Translations under genes and position numbers: made by a program
From: an uncultured Alphaproteobacteria bacterium
Lineage (GTDB): Bacteria; Pseudomonadota; Alphaproteobacteria; Rhizobiales; Beijerinckiaceae
DNA length: 64,000 bases
Direction: 5' to 3'
Assembly: GCA_963751165.1 (NCBI GenBank)
Contig: CAVVTP010000011.1
Location: 164,995-228,994, forward strand
In this document: positions 51,415 through 64,000 of the stretch, piece by piece
Numbering within the stretch: the first letter of the stretch is position 1
How the letters are laid out: each line of letters begins with the position of its first letter
The notes under the pieces: model-generated
What the model was told of the DNA's origin: nothing
Database searches by the model: none
Seen by the model: the letters and a program-made list of their open reading frames with translations, nothing else

Positions 51415-51565
51415 ACGCTCGCCCTGAACACCTCGCAGGCCGCCTTCGCCGCGCGAATCGGAAATCCGGCCGCGTCGTTGCGCGAGTGGGCACAGGGCCG
51501 TCGGGCGCCGCGACGCAGAGCGACCTGCGGGTCATCGCCCGCATGCCGGAAGCCGTTACACGACG
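51415..51565 (+). pseudogene. 5'-truncated relic of an XRE-family HTH antitoxin gene (HigA-like C-terminal region)
   Basis: ...TLALNTSQAAFAARIGNPAASLREWAQGRRAP... then out of frame ...RVIARMPEAVTRRD. No start. Abuts the cyclase stop. A paralogous relic lies at 59651-59768. Confidence 0.45.
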
Positions 51566-51794
51566 CGACGGGAGCGCATGCGCGCGCGGCCGATCGTCGC
51601 CCTCGACGGCGCTCGCGACAGAAGTTCCGGTGTTCCGAGCAGAGAGGGCGCGACGAAAGGCGGTGCGAGGCTCTGCCGACGGCTCATGCGACAGAAAGCG
51701 ACGACACGGTTTTGCGCCGCCGCGCCGATTGCGTATGCTCCCTCGAAGCCGAAGGCCTGGCGCGTCAACCAGGCGCATCAAGCGAGAACGCTCA

Positions 51795-53129
51795 ATGCTG
51801 AACCGCCGCCGCTTTCTCCAGGGGAGTGCCGCAGTCGCGCTCGCTGGGCTCCGACGAACAGCGTTCGCCGAGGAGCAATCGGCCGTTCCGATCGTCTTCG
51901 TGCACGGCGACAGCGATCTGGCCGCGACCTGGGAGACGCAGATCTGGCGGTTCGAGAGCAACGGCTACCCGCGAAACCGGCTTTTCGCCATCAGCTTCAC
52001 CGATCCGCAGGCGCGCGACGACGATAGCGTCGCGCAAGCCAACCGCTCCTCGACCCAGGACCAGTTACGCGAACTGACGACGTTCATCGACGGCGTCAAG
52101 GCGCAAACCGGCGCGCACAAGGTGGCGATCGTCGCGCTGTCGCGCGGCGGATATTCGACGCGCAGCTATGTCGCAGCCAATCCGGGGAGCGTCGAAAAGG
52201 CGGCGCTCGGCGGCACGCCCAATCACGGCGTCTTCGCCACCGACGCGGTGCTCGGCAGCGAATACAACGGGCGCGGCCCTTTCCTGAAGAAACTCAACGC
52301 GGGCGACAGCGAGGTCACGCTGGGCGTGCCGTTCATGACGCTGCGCAGCGACGGCTATGACCTCTATGCGCAGCCCGACGGCCGCTTCATCGGCCATCCC
52401 GGCATGGCGACGAATGTGACCGCCGACGGACCGGCGCTCAAAGGCGCCTCGAACGTCCTGCTCGGCGAGGTCGATCATCGTGAGACGGCCTTGAGCCCGG
52501 TCGCCTTCGCCCAGATCTACAGGTTCATCACCGGCCGCGCCCCGGCGCGCATCGCGATCGCGCCCGAGGCGGAAGTGATCCTGAACGGGCGCGTCACCGG
52601 CGTCGTCAACGGCACGCCGACCAACCGCCCGGTCGAAGGCGCGCGGGTCGAGGTCTATCGCGTCACCGCCGAGACCGGCGAGCGGCAAGGCGGACCCGCG
52701 CTGACGAAGACGACCGGCGCCGACGGCGTCTGGGGCCCGGCGACGTTCGACGCCGCGACGCCGCTCGAATTCGTCGTCGCGGCGCCCGACGCGCCGATCA
52801 CCCATATCTATCGCTCGCCTCTGCCGCGTTCGTTCGACCAGATCGATCTGAGGCCCGCCGCGGCGGGCAAGGACGACGCCGGCGCCGAGGCGGTGGTGCG
52901 GATGGACCGTCCGCGAGGCTATTTCGGTCTGCCACGCGACATCGTGCTCCTGGACGGCAAGGAGCCCGCCGACATCCCGCACGGCGTGCCCGCCGCGTGG
53001 CATACCACGCTGAAGCTGCCGGCCGTCGAGGACCGGCCGATTATCGGCGAGTTCAACCAGGAGCGGATCATCGCCCGGGCCTGGCCGGCCAAAAACGGCC
53101 ACATGACGGTCATGGAGCTGACGGGTTGA
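51795..53129 (+). CDS. Tat-secreted lipase-like alpha/beta hydrolase with a C-terminal beta-rich domain
   Basis: Twin-arginine leader MLNRRRFLQGSAAVALAGL. PIVFVHGDSD and AIVALSRGG lipase-like nucleophile elbow. Confidence 0.65.
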   Translation: MLNRRRFLQGSAAVALAGLRRTAFAEEQSAVPIVFVHGDSDLAATWETQIWRFESNGYPRNRLFAISFTDPQARDDDSVAQANRSSTQDQLRELTTFIDGVKAQTGAHKVAIVALSRGGYSTRSYVAANPGSVEKAALGGTPNHGVFATDAVLGSEYNGRGPFLKKLNAGDSEVTLGVPFMTLRSDGYDLYAQPDGRFIGHPGMATNVTADGPALKGASNVLLGEVDHRETALSPVAFAQIYRFITGRAPARIAIAPEAEVILNGRVTGVVNGTPTNRPVEGARVEVYRVTAETGERQGGPALTKTTGADGVWGPATFDAATPLEFVVAAPDAPITHIYRSPLPRSFDQIDLRPAAAGKDDAGAEAVVRMDRPRGYFGLPRDIVLLDGKEPADIPHGVPAAWHTTLKLPAVEDRPIIGEFNQERIIARAWPAKNGHMTVMELTG

Positions 53130-53329
53130 AAGACGGGAGCGGGATGATTTTAGGCGGATCGCCCGACTGGATTTGCTTCTCCGCCGCGCCTCCCGCGGCT
53201 AAAGTGCTTGCAAATTCAAAGCGCTGGTCTGAATCCAGCGCAGCGGGCGGAGCAGCGGGAGAATTCGCCGCAGCAGCGGATGCTGACGGCACCGCTGATT
53301 TCAATCTGCAAGGGCAGGCGCGGCGACTC

Positions 53330-53908
53330 TCAGTCCGTTCGGGACGGGCCAGCGTAGGCTCCGCCTTCCACCCCCTCATGGCCGACAACCGGCGGTTCGG
53401 CGGTCCAAGAACTCCGCGATGCGCCGGAGGCGCCCCAAGCCAGGAGCGTCCAGACCACGGCGACGAACGCCGCGGCGTCGGCCGCAGCGCGAAAGTCGAC
53501 GCCCCAGATCACGTATTGATCGAAGATGGGCTGAAGATCCGCCGCCGGTTGGGCCGCGTCGATAAACTGCACCAGGTGGGCGGCTTTGGCGGTGAGCAGC
53601 AGGCCGATCAGGGAGAAAATGATGGCGAGGATCAGGGAGACCGGCGTCTCCCGTCGCCCATCGCGGTCGAAATGGCCGGATGCGGCAGCCGCAAACATCA
53701 GCGCCGCCGCCACCACCCCGACAGCGGCGTCCAGCGTGAGACCCGTTCCGAAAGCCGGGCCCCGACTGAAGCTCGCCCAAGCCTCGGGGCCGAGCGCCCG
53801 CCACACGGGCGCCCCGACCGCCGATCGTTCGAGCGCGGCGCCGGCCACCCAGCCGCTCAGAACGGTCGCCGCGGCGAGCAGAGCAGAATTGCGCGCGCTG
53901 GTCATGGT
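53330..53908 (-). CDS. DUF1772 (anthrone-oxygenase-like) membrane protein
   Basis: Four predicted TM helices. MTSARNSALLAAATVLSGWVAGAALERSAVGAPVW... is the typical DUF1772 layout. Confidence 0.55.
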   Translation of the reverse strand, partial: TMTSARNSALLAAATVLSGWVAGAALERSAVGAPVWRALGPEAWASFSRGPAFGTGLTLDAAVGVVAAALMFAAAASGHFDRDGRRETPVSLILAIIFSLIGLLLTAKAAHLVQFIDAAQPAADLQPIFDQYVIWGVDFRAAADAAAFVAVVWTLLAWGASGASRSSWTAEPPVVGHEGVEGGAYAGPSRTD

Positions 53909-54181
53909 CGAAGAGACCTTCTCACACCGCCCGCTCGCCGCCCGTTTCAGCTTTGACGCCCGAGCCCGACCGGCTTGGCGGCCGAGGGTCATCGAACCGG
54001 CTTCGGCGCGGCGGCGAGCACGAAGCTGCGGTCCCGATGGTTCCGCGTCGTCCCACTTACAATCGCCGTGATCGATGCGATGTTCCCCGCCGCTCGGCGG
54101 CTTCCAACGCGATCCCGACGGCCATGCGGGGATCGCGTGGCGGGAGGCGAAGTCTTCTACCGCATGGCGCCAGGAATTCGG

Positions 54182-54991
54182 CTACGCTTTCGAGCCGGGG
54201 GCCAGCGCAACGGCGGCCTCCGCCGTGAGCAGGAGAAATGTGAAAGTCTCCTGCAGGTACAATCGGACAGCCGCATCGGTGTGGCTCAAATAGCCGATGG
54301 ATATGTCCTGGCCGATGTGCAAGCCGAAGTCGCCGCCACGCGTCGTGAGCACGAATGCGCCTGTAATCGCCGGGGCCCAGATGATCTCGCCGTCCACGAG
54401 GCGCTTGATATGCTCCAGCACCGGATATCCATGGTCCCTCGTTTCGCTGAGTCCGGTATAGGCGTCGGCGCTCAGCAAGACCGAGTAGGGACCGTTGACG
54501 CCGACAAGACGCAATTGGCTAACCGCTTGCGCGATGGCGTCGGGGTAGTCCCTGACGTCGGCAGGGAGGGTCATTGCGGCATTGCTGGTTCCCTGGCGGA
54601 TCCCTTCGATGCCGGCGGCGGAATAGCCTTCGAAGATGGCGCGGTCCTCGGCAAAGGCGAGCCGGCGCGCGGCTTCCTTCGCGGGCTGCCAATCCGAGTC
54701 GTTCGCGCCACGGGCCACGTCGTCGATCTGCTGACGGTCGAGATCGAATGGCGCGCGCAGTTCGACGAGGGCTTTGACCTCGCGCTGGTGCGCCAGGATA
54801 TTGTCGCCCGGGGCCTCGACATTGCGCAGATGGCCGGTCCCGACCGCCGACAACGCAACGCCGCCGGGTCCCTGCACGTCCACGACTCGGCGGCCCGCGA
54901 GATACCGCTTGAGGGTGCGCGTCGTCTCTTGCTCGATTTGAGACCATGCCTCGTCGGAAATAGGGGCGAGCTCGCGGTGAAGATTATTCAT
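54182..54991 (-). CDS. Family 1 encapsulin nanocompartment shell protein
   Basis: MNNLHRELAPISDEAWSQIEQETTRTLKRYLAGRRVVDV...VELRAPFDLDRQQIDDVARG...IGYLSHTD is collinear with linocin-M18-type encapsulins. Start overlaps the Dyp stop. Confidence 0.85.
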   Translation of the reverse strand: MNNLHRELAPISDEAWSQIEQETTRTLKRYLAGRRVVDVQGPGGVALSAVGTGHLRNVEAPGDNILAHQREVKALVELRAPFDLDRQQIDDVARGANDSDWQPAKEAARRLAFAEDRAIFEGYSAAGIEGIRQGTSNAAMTLPADVRDYPDAIAQAVSQLRLVGVNGPYSVLLSADAYTGLSETRDHGYPVLEHIKRLVDGEIIWAPAITGAFVLTTRGGDFGLHIGQDISIGYLSHTDAAVRLYLQETFTFLLLTAEAAVALAPGSKA

Positions 54992-56077
54992 GCGATGGGT
55001 CTCCTTTGAGAGATCCGATGCCGAGCGAACCGTCGCGCGCCGACGTATCCGGTTGCGAGGGTGCAACGACGACGTCGGCAGGCGACGCTGCTGTCGCGGG
55101 CTCGTCGTCCGCAACGCTCTCGAGAAATGTGGCGGATGGGGCGAAGAAGAGACTTCCCGTGACGGCGCGACTGAAATCCAGCAGCCGATCGTAGTTGCCA
55201 GTAGGCAGGCCGACGAACATGTTCGACAGCATCTGCTCGATCGTTCGGGGCGAACGCGCGTAGCCGATGAAATAGGTGCCGAATTCGCGCTGCGCGACAT
55301 TGCCGAACGCCATATTGTCGCGAAGAATTTCTTCTCTTCGCCGCCCTCCACGATCGTGGTCAACGCATTGTGGGCGAACGTCGGCTTGACCGCGTCGTCG
55401 AGTTCGATGTCGGAAAGTTTGGTGCGCCCGATGATGCGCTCCTGCGCCTCGTTCGGCAGCGCGTCCCAGGCCATTAGATCGTGAAGGTATTTTTGCACCA
55501 GCACATAACTGCCGCCGGCGAACGCCACATCCTCGATGTCCACCAACGCGGCGTCGATCGCCGCCTGACCCATTGGGTTCTCCGTTCCGTCGACAAAGCC
55601 GATGAGATCACGATCATCGAAATATTTGAACCCATGCACTTCGTCGACGGGCGAGACCGCGTCCCCGAGGCGCGTCATGATCTGCTTCGCCAGTTCAAAA
55701 CACAGGTCCATGCGCTTCGAACGGATATGAAAAAGGAGATCACCCGGCGTGGCGACCGCATGCCGAGAGCCAGCCCGGATTTCGCGGAACGGATGCAATT
55801 CGGCCGGCCGCGGCGAACCGAATAGCCTGTCCCAGGCCTCGGACCCGAAACCCATCACGCAAGACAGGCTTCCCTCGATATCGCGGAAGCCCACGGCGCG
55901 CAGAAGTCCCGGCAGGTCGCCGCAGAATGACCGGACCATGTCGCGGTTGGCTGGGCCGGGGTTCATGGTCGCGACCAGAAAGATCGCGGCGCGGGTCAGA
56001 GGCTGAACCACCGCCTGGGGGATGGCCGACAGCCCATCCTTGGCTCCGGACGAGTTCAACGGCTCGAACTCCATCAA
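54984..56077 (-). CDS. Dyp-type peroxidase encapsulin cargo with a C-terminal targeting peptide. Single-base frameshift near 55315.
   Basis: N-terminal Dyp core in the 631-aa ORF frame (...GFVDGTENP...). C-terminal part in ORF 54984-55313 (MAFGNVAQREFGTYFIGYARSP...DGSLGIGSLKGDPSHE). SLGIGSLK is the canonical encapsulin cargo-loading peptide. Confidence 0.8.
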
Positions 56078-56195
56078 TGGCGTCGCCAGGCGCGCGAAAA
56101 TGCGTCCCCTGAAATCCCCTCACCGAACAGGATGCGATAGATTGTCGGAGCACGCAATATTCGGGTCTGATTGACTCTTGGTGCAAGTGGTCTTT

Positions 56196-57068
56196 CTACA
56201 ACGGCATCATCCGAGCGCGGAGCAACTCGACTCCGGCGCGGCCATACATGGCTCGCTTGAGGGTCTTCAATTTGTTGATCTGTCCTTCGGTCTGTCCGTT
56301 GCTCCAGGGTTCCGACACAGCGTTCCGAACCGCCTCCAGGTCTTGGCGTATCGTCCTCGCGAAACGCTGCAACGCGTAGATGCCAGACGCGCGAGCGTCG
56401 ATCAGCCAAGCGTCCAGGCCCTCCGGCGTTCCGCCACGAAGCAGGCCTCGAAAGCGCATCGCCAGGCGCCGCATCGCGGTGAACTCGGCGGACGCCGCTT
56501 TCAGCGCGGCGACGTTGGCGGCCTGCCGGGCGGTCATCTGGCCGCGGGGTTTGACGCACAGCGCCGCGGCGGTGAGCGGCGAGATCAGGCGACCAGTCAT
56601 CGGATCCAGCGTTCGCACGCGGACCGGGGCCCGCTCCCCCTGCTCGTCGCCATCGAGTAAAGGCTTGCCGCCGCGCCAGGGAGCAAGGAAACGCGCCAGA
56701 TGACTGAAGGACCCGGTATAGCCGCGATGGCGTATCTCGGCGAATAAGTGCCGAACCTTAGTGATGCCTTCGGCCCACCGCCGCTCCAGCAGAACGCCAA
56801 AATACGCCGGGGCGGAAGGGGTTGACGCCATTGTGTTGCGGTCCGGCAAATCGATCCGACGGACCCACCGTTCGACCCGCCGGCGACCAAGACCGAGTTT
56901 TTGGGCGATTTCCCGGATGGAACTGCCACCTTCAAAAAGCGTCCTGATCTCATCGAATAGCTGTTGCCGGACAGCTTGGCAGTATTTGGCATCGCAAACG
57001 CACGTGATTGAGCCGATGCTGCGCTGTTGCGCTGCGCTTAAATGGGGTCTGATTGACTTCTGGTGCAA
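56196..57068 (-). pseudogene. ISL3-family transposase derivative (HTH region plus C-terminal SNGQTEGQINKLKTLKR motif, DDE core missing), copy 1
   Basis: ...IREIAQKLGLGRRRVERWVR...PWSNGQTEGQINKLKTLKRAMYGRAGVELLRARMMPL. About 290 aa versus about 450 for intact ISL3 transposases. Confidence 0.6.
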
Positions 57069-57077
57069 GTCGTCTTC

Positions 57078-57893
57078 CTACAACGGCATCATCCGAGCGC
57101 GGAGCAACTCGACACCGGCGCGGCCATACATTGCTCGCTTGAGGGTTTTCAATTTGTTGATCTGTCCTTCGGTCTGCCCGTTGCTCCACGGTTCCATCAC
57201 AGCGTTCCGAACAGCCTCCAGGTCCTGCCGTATCGTCCTCGCAAAACGCTGCATCGCGTAGATCCCAGACGCGCGCCCGTCGATCAGCCACGCATCCAGC
57301 CTCTCCCGCGTTCCACCGCGAAGCAGACCTTGAAACCGCATCGCCAGATGCCGCATCGCGGTGAACTCCGTCGACGCCGCCTTCAGCGCATCGACGTTGG
57401 CGACCTGCCGGGCGGTCATCTGGCCACGGGGTTTGACGCAAAGCGCCGCCGCAGTCAGCGGCGAGATCGCGCGGCCGGTCATCGGATCCAGTGTTCGCAC
57501 ACGGACCGGCGCTGGCTCCTCCTGCTCGACACGCACCTGCTCGTCACCATCGAATGAAGGCTCGCAGTTGCGCCAGGGAGCGAGGAAACGTGCCAGATGG
57601 CTGTAGGACCCGGTATAGCCGCGATGGCGAATCTCAGCGAACAAGTGCCGGACTTTGGTAATGCCTTCAGCCCAACGCCGCGCCAGCAGAGCGCCGAAAT
57701 ACGCTGGGGTGCACGGATTTGGCGCCATGGTGTTGCGATCCGGCAAATCGATGCGACGGACCCAACGTTCGACCCGTCGGCGACCAAGACCGAGCTTGCG
57801 AGCGATCTCCCTGACGGAACTGCCACCTTCAAAAAGCGCTCTGATTTCATCGAATAGCTGTTGCCGAATCGCCTGGCGTCCGTGGCGCATCAA
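57078..57893 (-). pseudogene. ISL3-family transposase derivative, tandem copy 2
   Basis: Near-identical to copy 1 (same internal deletion). Confidence 0.6.
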
Positions 57894-57924
57894 GCGCTTT
57901 AGAGCGGTTTCCGATCAATCCGTA

Positions 57925-58623
57925 TCATATCGGCAGGCCTTGAAGTAATTGACGCATTCGGCGGGTTTGAAAAATTTCGGCGCAGGCGTCGAGGGCGTTC
58001 ATCAGGCCTGAGACGGTGCGCTCGGCAATCTTGCGCAGGAAGGCTTTCAGCTTGGAATAGGCCTTTTCGATGGGGTTCATGTCGGGGCTGTAGGGCGGCA
58101 AATATCGTAACTCGGCTCCAGCGGCCTCGATGAGTTTCTCGACCCTTGGCCCCTTGTGGCTCGACAGATTGTCCATGACGACGACGTCGCCCTTCGAGAG
58201 CGTGGGGACGAGACATTTTTCCGCCCAGTCCTCGAACGTGGCGGCATTCATCGGCTTGTCGAAAGCCTTCTGCGCCACGAGGCCCGAAAGGCGCAGCCCG
58301 GCCACGAGGGTGATCGTCTTATAATGGCCATGCGCAACGCCGACGCGCAGCCGCCGCCCGCGCCGGCAGCGTCCGCTTTTGCGCGCCAGATTGGTGGAAG
58401 CCCCGGTTTCATCGATGAAAACGAGCTTCCTCGGATCGAGGTCGAGTTGCGCCCCAAACCACGCCTGACGCTGCTTCAAGACGTCCGGGCGCTGCTGCTC
58501 CTCGGCTGCCGGCTGTCCACCGTGACCGTCCAAGCCTGTTCTCCCCGTTCGACCCTCACGACGTTCAGGCTTGGCGCGGGTGACCATATAACTGATGTTT
58601 TCATGACGCCCGTGCTGCCGCAT
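57925..58623 (-). pseudogene. IS630/Tc1-mariner-family transposase, DDE domain only (N-terminal HTH missing or frameshifted)
   Basis: ...LVFIDETGASTNLARKSGR...YLPPYSPDMNPIEKAYSKLKAFLRK is the DDE(D) catalytic region of IS630 transposases. Confidence 0.65.
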
Positions 58624-58894
58624 AACAGCGCAAGATGCCAGTCCGCGGGCGCTTCATCGGGCATGCCGTGTCCGGCGCATGTACCAAGAGTCAATCAGAC
58701 CCCAATATTCGGAGGTGTCCGCCCTGAAGCGTGAACGGTCCGCAGCGCCGCCACGACGCGCCGAGCGCGCCGACCCTTGTGGCGAACATCCCGAATGCCC
58801 GGAATGCCCGCGCTTCTGGATGGGCGCCGTGGCGATCGAGTTCAAAGCAGTCTTGCGGAAGACGTTACGAACCCTCGTTCGGGAGGGGCTTGCA

Positions 58895-59248
58895 TCATGG
58901 CTCATCTTTCAACTCCGCCTCGATCGCCAACACGGCAGCCTTCAATGGCGGAAGATTCACTTGAACGACATTCCATATCAGCCTGTCGGAGACCCGATGA
59001 TATTCGTGCCGCAGCACGTTGCCAATTCCCGCGATCTGCGACCATGGGATCTGTGGCTGGCTTGCCAGGACTTCAGGCGGAATGCGGCGGGCCGCCTCCG
59101 AGATGATCTCGATGCCCCGCTGAACCCCATGGCGGAGAAGCCAATTGCCGCCAAAGTCGTCGAACGTCTTGCCTTTCGTGGCGGCTTCGATGCCTTCGAT
59201 CGCTTCGAGAATGGCCAGCAACGCCGGACGGACAAGTCGCGCCATCAA
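58895..59248 (-). CDS. hepT: HepT-family (DUF86, HEPN) toxin
   Basis: ...LRHGVQRGIEIISEAARRIP...IAGIGNVLRHEYHRV with the HEPN R-x4-6-H motif. Overlaps the upstream mntA by 4 nt. Confidence 0.8.
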   Translation of the reverse strand: MMARLVRPALLAILEAIEGIEAATKGKTFDDFGGNWLLRHGVQRGIEIISEAARRIPPEVLASQPQIPWSQIAGIGNVLRHEYHRVSDRLIWNVVQVNLPPLKAAVLAIEAELKDEP

Positions 59249-59577
59249 AAGACGCGCTCTGCCGAGGCCTCGATCCCACTGCGCAGCAGCGGGTCGAGGC
59301 TGTCGCGGGTCGTCAGGTCAACCGGAACGCCAAGGCGGCGCTCCAGGAGCTGTTTGACGCCGACCAGGTCGACAAGGGAAAATCGGCCGCCCTGATCGTA
59401 GTCGACGAAGAGATCAAGGTCGCTCGCCGCGAGCAATTCCTCGCGAGCCATCGATCCGAAAAGATAAAGGGCCGTGACGCCACGGGCCTTCACTTCGTCG
59501 GCTTGTCCCCTCAGCGCTTCGACCGCATCCTGTTTTCTCATGACCATATCGTACACCGGCTCTCGGGACCCAGCCAT
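59245..59577 (-). CDS. mntA: MntA-family nucleotidyltransferase antitoxin
   Basis: LYLFGSMAREELLAASDLDLFVDYD is the minimal nucleotidyltransferase GS...D.D motif. Confidence 0.8.
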   Translation of the reverse strand: MAGSREPVYDMVMRKQDAVEALRGQADEVKARGVTALYLFGSMAREELLAASDLDLFVDYDQGGRFSLVDLVGVKQLLERRLGVPVDLTTRDSLDPLLRSGIEASAERVF

Positions 59578-59650
59578 CCCCAGCGGCTAGCCGTGCCGCT
59601 CCCTGCCCCGCTGCCCTACCGACCGGCGCCGATAATCAGAGTTCACGTTG

Positions 59651-59768
59651 CGCGATTGGGAACAGGGCCGTCGGGCGCCGGACGCCGGACGCCGGGACGA
59701 AGAGCCACCTGCAGGTCATCGCTCGGACGCCGGAAGCCGTCGCCAAGGCGCTGCACGACGCGGTTTGA
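59651..59768 (+). pseudogene. Second relic of an XRE-family antitoxin 3' end (FTLRDWEQGRRAPD...LQVIARTPEAVAKALHDAV*), with an internal CCGGACG tandem duplication and a frameshift
   Basis: About 80% identical over about 100 bp to 51469-51560. Ends in a proper stop codon. Confidence 0.45.
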
Positions 59769-59830
59769 GCCTTGCATAGCACGCAAACCCTAATCCGGCG
59801 CTTCGCGCTGCTCCGTGCGCGGGAGAAGGG

Positions 59831-62893
<3,063 letters not shown>

Positions 62894-62961
62894 CGGACCT
62901 CGACGACAATTTTCGGGCTTCGAGCGCGAATCGCGCTTGCGCGAGCCGGGTCTCGATGCTA

Positions 62962-62976
62962 GAACAAATAAAGAAC
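62962..62976. promoter_or_regulatory. LexA (SOS) box GAACaaataaaGAAC in the divergent uvrA-ssb intergenic region
   Basis: Exact GAAC-N7-GAAC, the reverse complement of the alphaproteobacterial GTTC-N7-GTTC consensus. Confidence 0.75.
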
Positions 62977-63168
62977 AAGGGGAAGGCGCCCCGTGCGCCC
63001 TGCCTCCGGTTCTCCCTAATGTAGGCGAGGCGGCGCTCCTTCCCAAGCGTCGCGCGCGCCGAAGTGTGGACAAGTCTGGTTGTCGAGCGCGCTGACGGCC
63101 TCGCCTGCGCCGCTTTCGGCTATGCATGATGAAACGAGCAGCGCCGCAGGGCGCGTCAGGAGCAGACC

Positions 63169-63666
63169 ATGGCGGGCAGCGTCAACAAGGTGATCCTCGT
63201 CGGCAACCTGGGCAAGGACCCGGAAGTGCGCCGGCTGAATTCCGGCGATCCGGTGGTGAGTTTCTCCCTCGCCACCTCGGACTCCTGGCGCGACAAGACC
63301 ACAGGCGAGCGAAAGGAACGCACCGAGTGGCACAACATCGTGATCTTCAACGAGAACCTCGGTAAAATCGCCGAGCAGTACTGCAAGAAGGGCACGAAGG
63401 TTTACGTCGAAGGCCAGCTGCAGACGCGCAAATGGCAGGACCAGAGCGGCAACGACCGCTATACCACCGAGATCGTGCTGACCCGCTTCCGCGGCGAACT
63501 GCAACTGCTCAACTCCCGCGGCGGCGGCGAGGCCCGCGACAGTTTTCCCGATGAGAACGGCTCCCGCAGCTTCGCCCGCCCGTCTATTGGCGGCGGCGAG
63601 CGCAAGCCGGCGCTCTCCGGCGGCGTCGGAGGGCCCGGGCCGATCGACGACGATATTCCATTCTGA
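63169..63666 (+). CDS. ssb: Single-stranded DNA-binding protein
   Basis: [21 protein letters not shown]...OB fold...Gly-rich tail ending in the acidic DDDIPF. Confidence 0.9.
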   Translation: MAGSVNKVILVGNLGKDPEVRRLNSGDPVVSFSLATSDSWRDKTTGERKERTEWHNIVIFNENLGKIAEQYCKKGTKVYVEGQLQTRKWQDQSGNDRYTTEIVLTRFRGELQLLNSRGGGEARDSFPDENGSRSFARPSIGGGERKPALSGGVGGPGPIDDDIPF

Positions 63667-63849
63667 GTGTCGTGCGCAGATAGGGCGTCGGCTCGAACGG
63701 CCGAGCGCGCGCCCGCCCCCTTCTGGGATGACGATGGTCTGGGATCGCGCCAATCCTAGCTTGGGCGATCCTCGTATCCTTAAACCAGACACTTAACCTC
63801 TTGCTTCACTATCCGCGGCGTGATACTGAAGTGTACGCGTAACTATTCA

Positions 63850-64000
63850 GCCGCCCTCATCGCGCCTTTCAGGTCCTCGCCGATCCGACCCGGCGGGCGA
63901 TGGTCGTGCGGCTCGCGCGTGGGCCGGGCCGTCCGCGAACTCGCCCGGCCGCTCATGATGTCGCTGCCCGCGGTGATGCAGCATCTCGCGGTGCTCGAGG
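63850..64000 (+). CDS. ArsR/SmtB-family HTH regulator, N-terminal part. Runs off the window end and contains an indel in a GGGCCGGGCC run.
   Basis: ...FQVLADPTRRAMVVRLARGP then, out of frame, VRELARPLMMSLPAVMQHLAVLE. Confidence 0.4.

Larger units (their letters stand above)
56160..58700 (-). mobile_element. IS-remnant cluster: two tandem direct copies (about 880 bp each, about 90% identical) of an internally deleted ISL3-family transposase gene plus its end sequence, followed by an IS630-family transposase fragment. The same 22-bp end sequence recurs inverted at about 58690.
   Basis: GGTCTGATTGACTCTTGGTGCA at about 56165 and about 57045 (direct) and as CCAAGAGTCAATCAGACC at about 58690 (inverted). 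Confidence 0.55.

Noticed and set aside
54182-56077. Single 631-aa ORF
   Set aside because: It is a fusion artefact of two genes (Dyp peroxidase and encapsulin) joined by an out-of-frame read-through of the Dyp C-terminus. The authentic Dyp tail with the targeting peptide is in ORF 54984-55313.

Overview
High-GC (~65-68%) alphaproteobacterial chromosomal window. The GTTC-N7-GTTC LexA boxes, the imuA-imuB-dnaE2 cassette and the NrtR-nadABC arrangement suggest a Hyphomicrobiales-like organism. Core gene content, in order: a frameshifted sugar ABC binding protein; a livKHMGF-type amino-acid ABC transporter followed by dadA and an Asp/Glu-racemase-family gene; an EamA exporter; nrtR-nadA-nadB-nadC; a degraded vapBC-like pair; the LexA-controlled SOS mutagenesis cassette imuA-imuB-dnaE2; arfB; leuC; a korA/korB 2-oxoacid:ferredoxin oxidoreductase with a GltD-like Fe-S flavoprotein; two secreted alpha/beta hydrolases; an IS-rich patch (IS5 containing IS3 containing IS110, plus an IS1380 inserted into an NADP-oxidoreductase gene); a cobalamin riboswitch upstream of a ThDP-dependent BFD-family enzyme; a tetR-ybjQ-small protein-leader uORF-RND permease operon; a GST; a GAF-adenylate cyclase; a Tat-secreted lipase-like hydrolase; a Dyp-peroxidase/encapsulin pair; ISL3 and IS630 remnants; mntA-hepT; and a heavily frameshifted uvrA divergent from ssb with a second LexA box. 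The most unusual structure is a family of mosaic palindromic repeats built from GGGAGAAGG/CCCTCTCCCGC hairpins plus a GATGAGGGC module. These repeats occur as read-through insertions in imuB and dnaE2 and as an insertion in uvrA. In one copy they flank a DUF559 (Vsr-like) endonuclease gene as terminal inverted repeats, lodged between imuB and dnaE2. This looks like an autonomous and non-autonomous element pair that, to my knowledge, has not been described. The window carries a very high density of single-base frameshifts (at least 15), so either the assembly has indel errors or the region is decaying into pseudogenes. No rRNA, tRNA or CRISPR was recognised.
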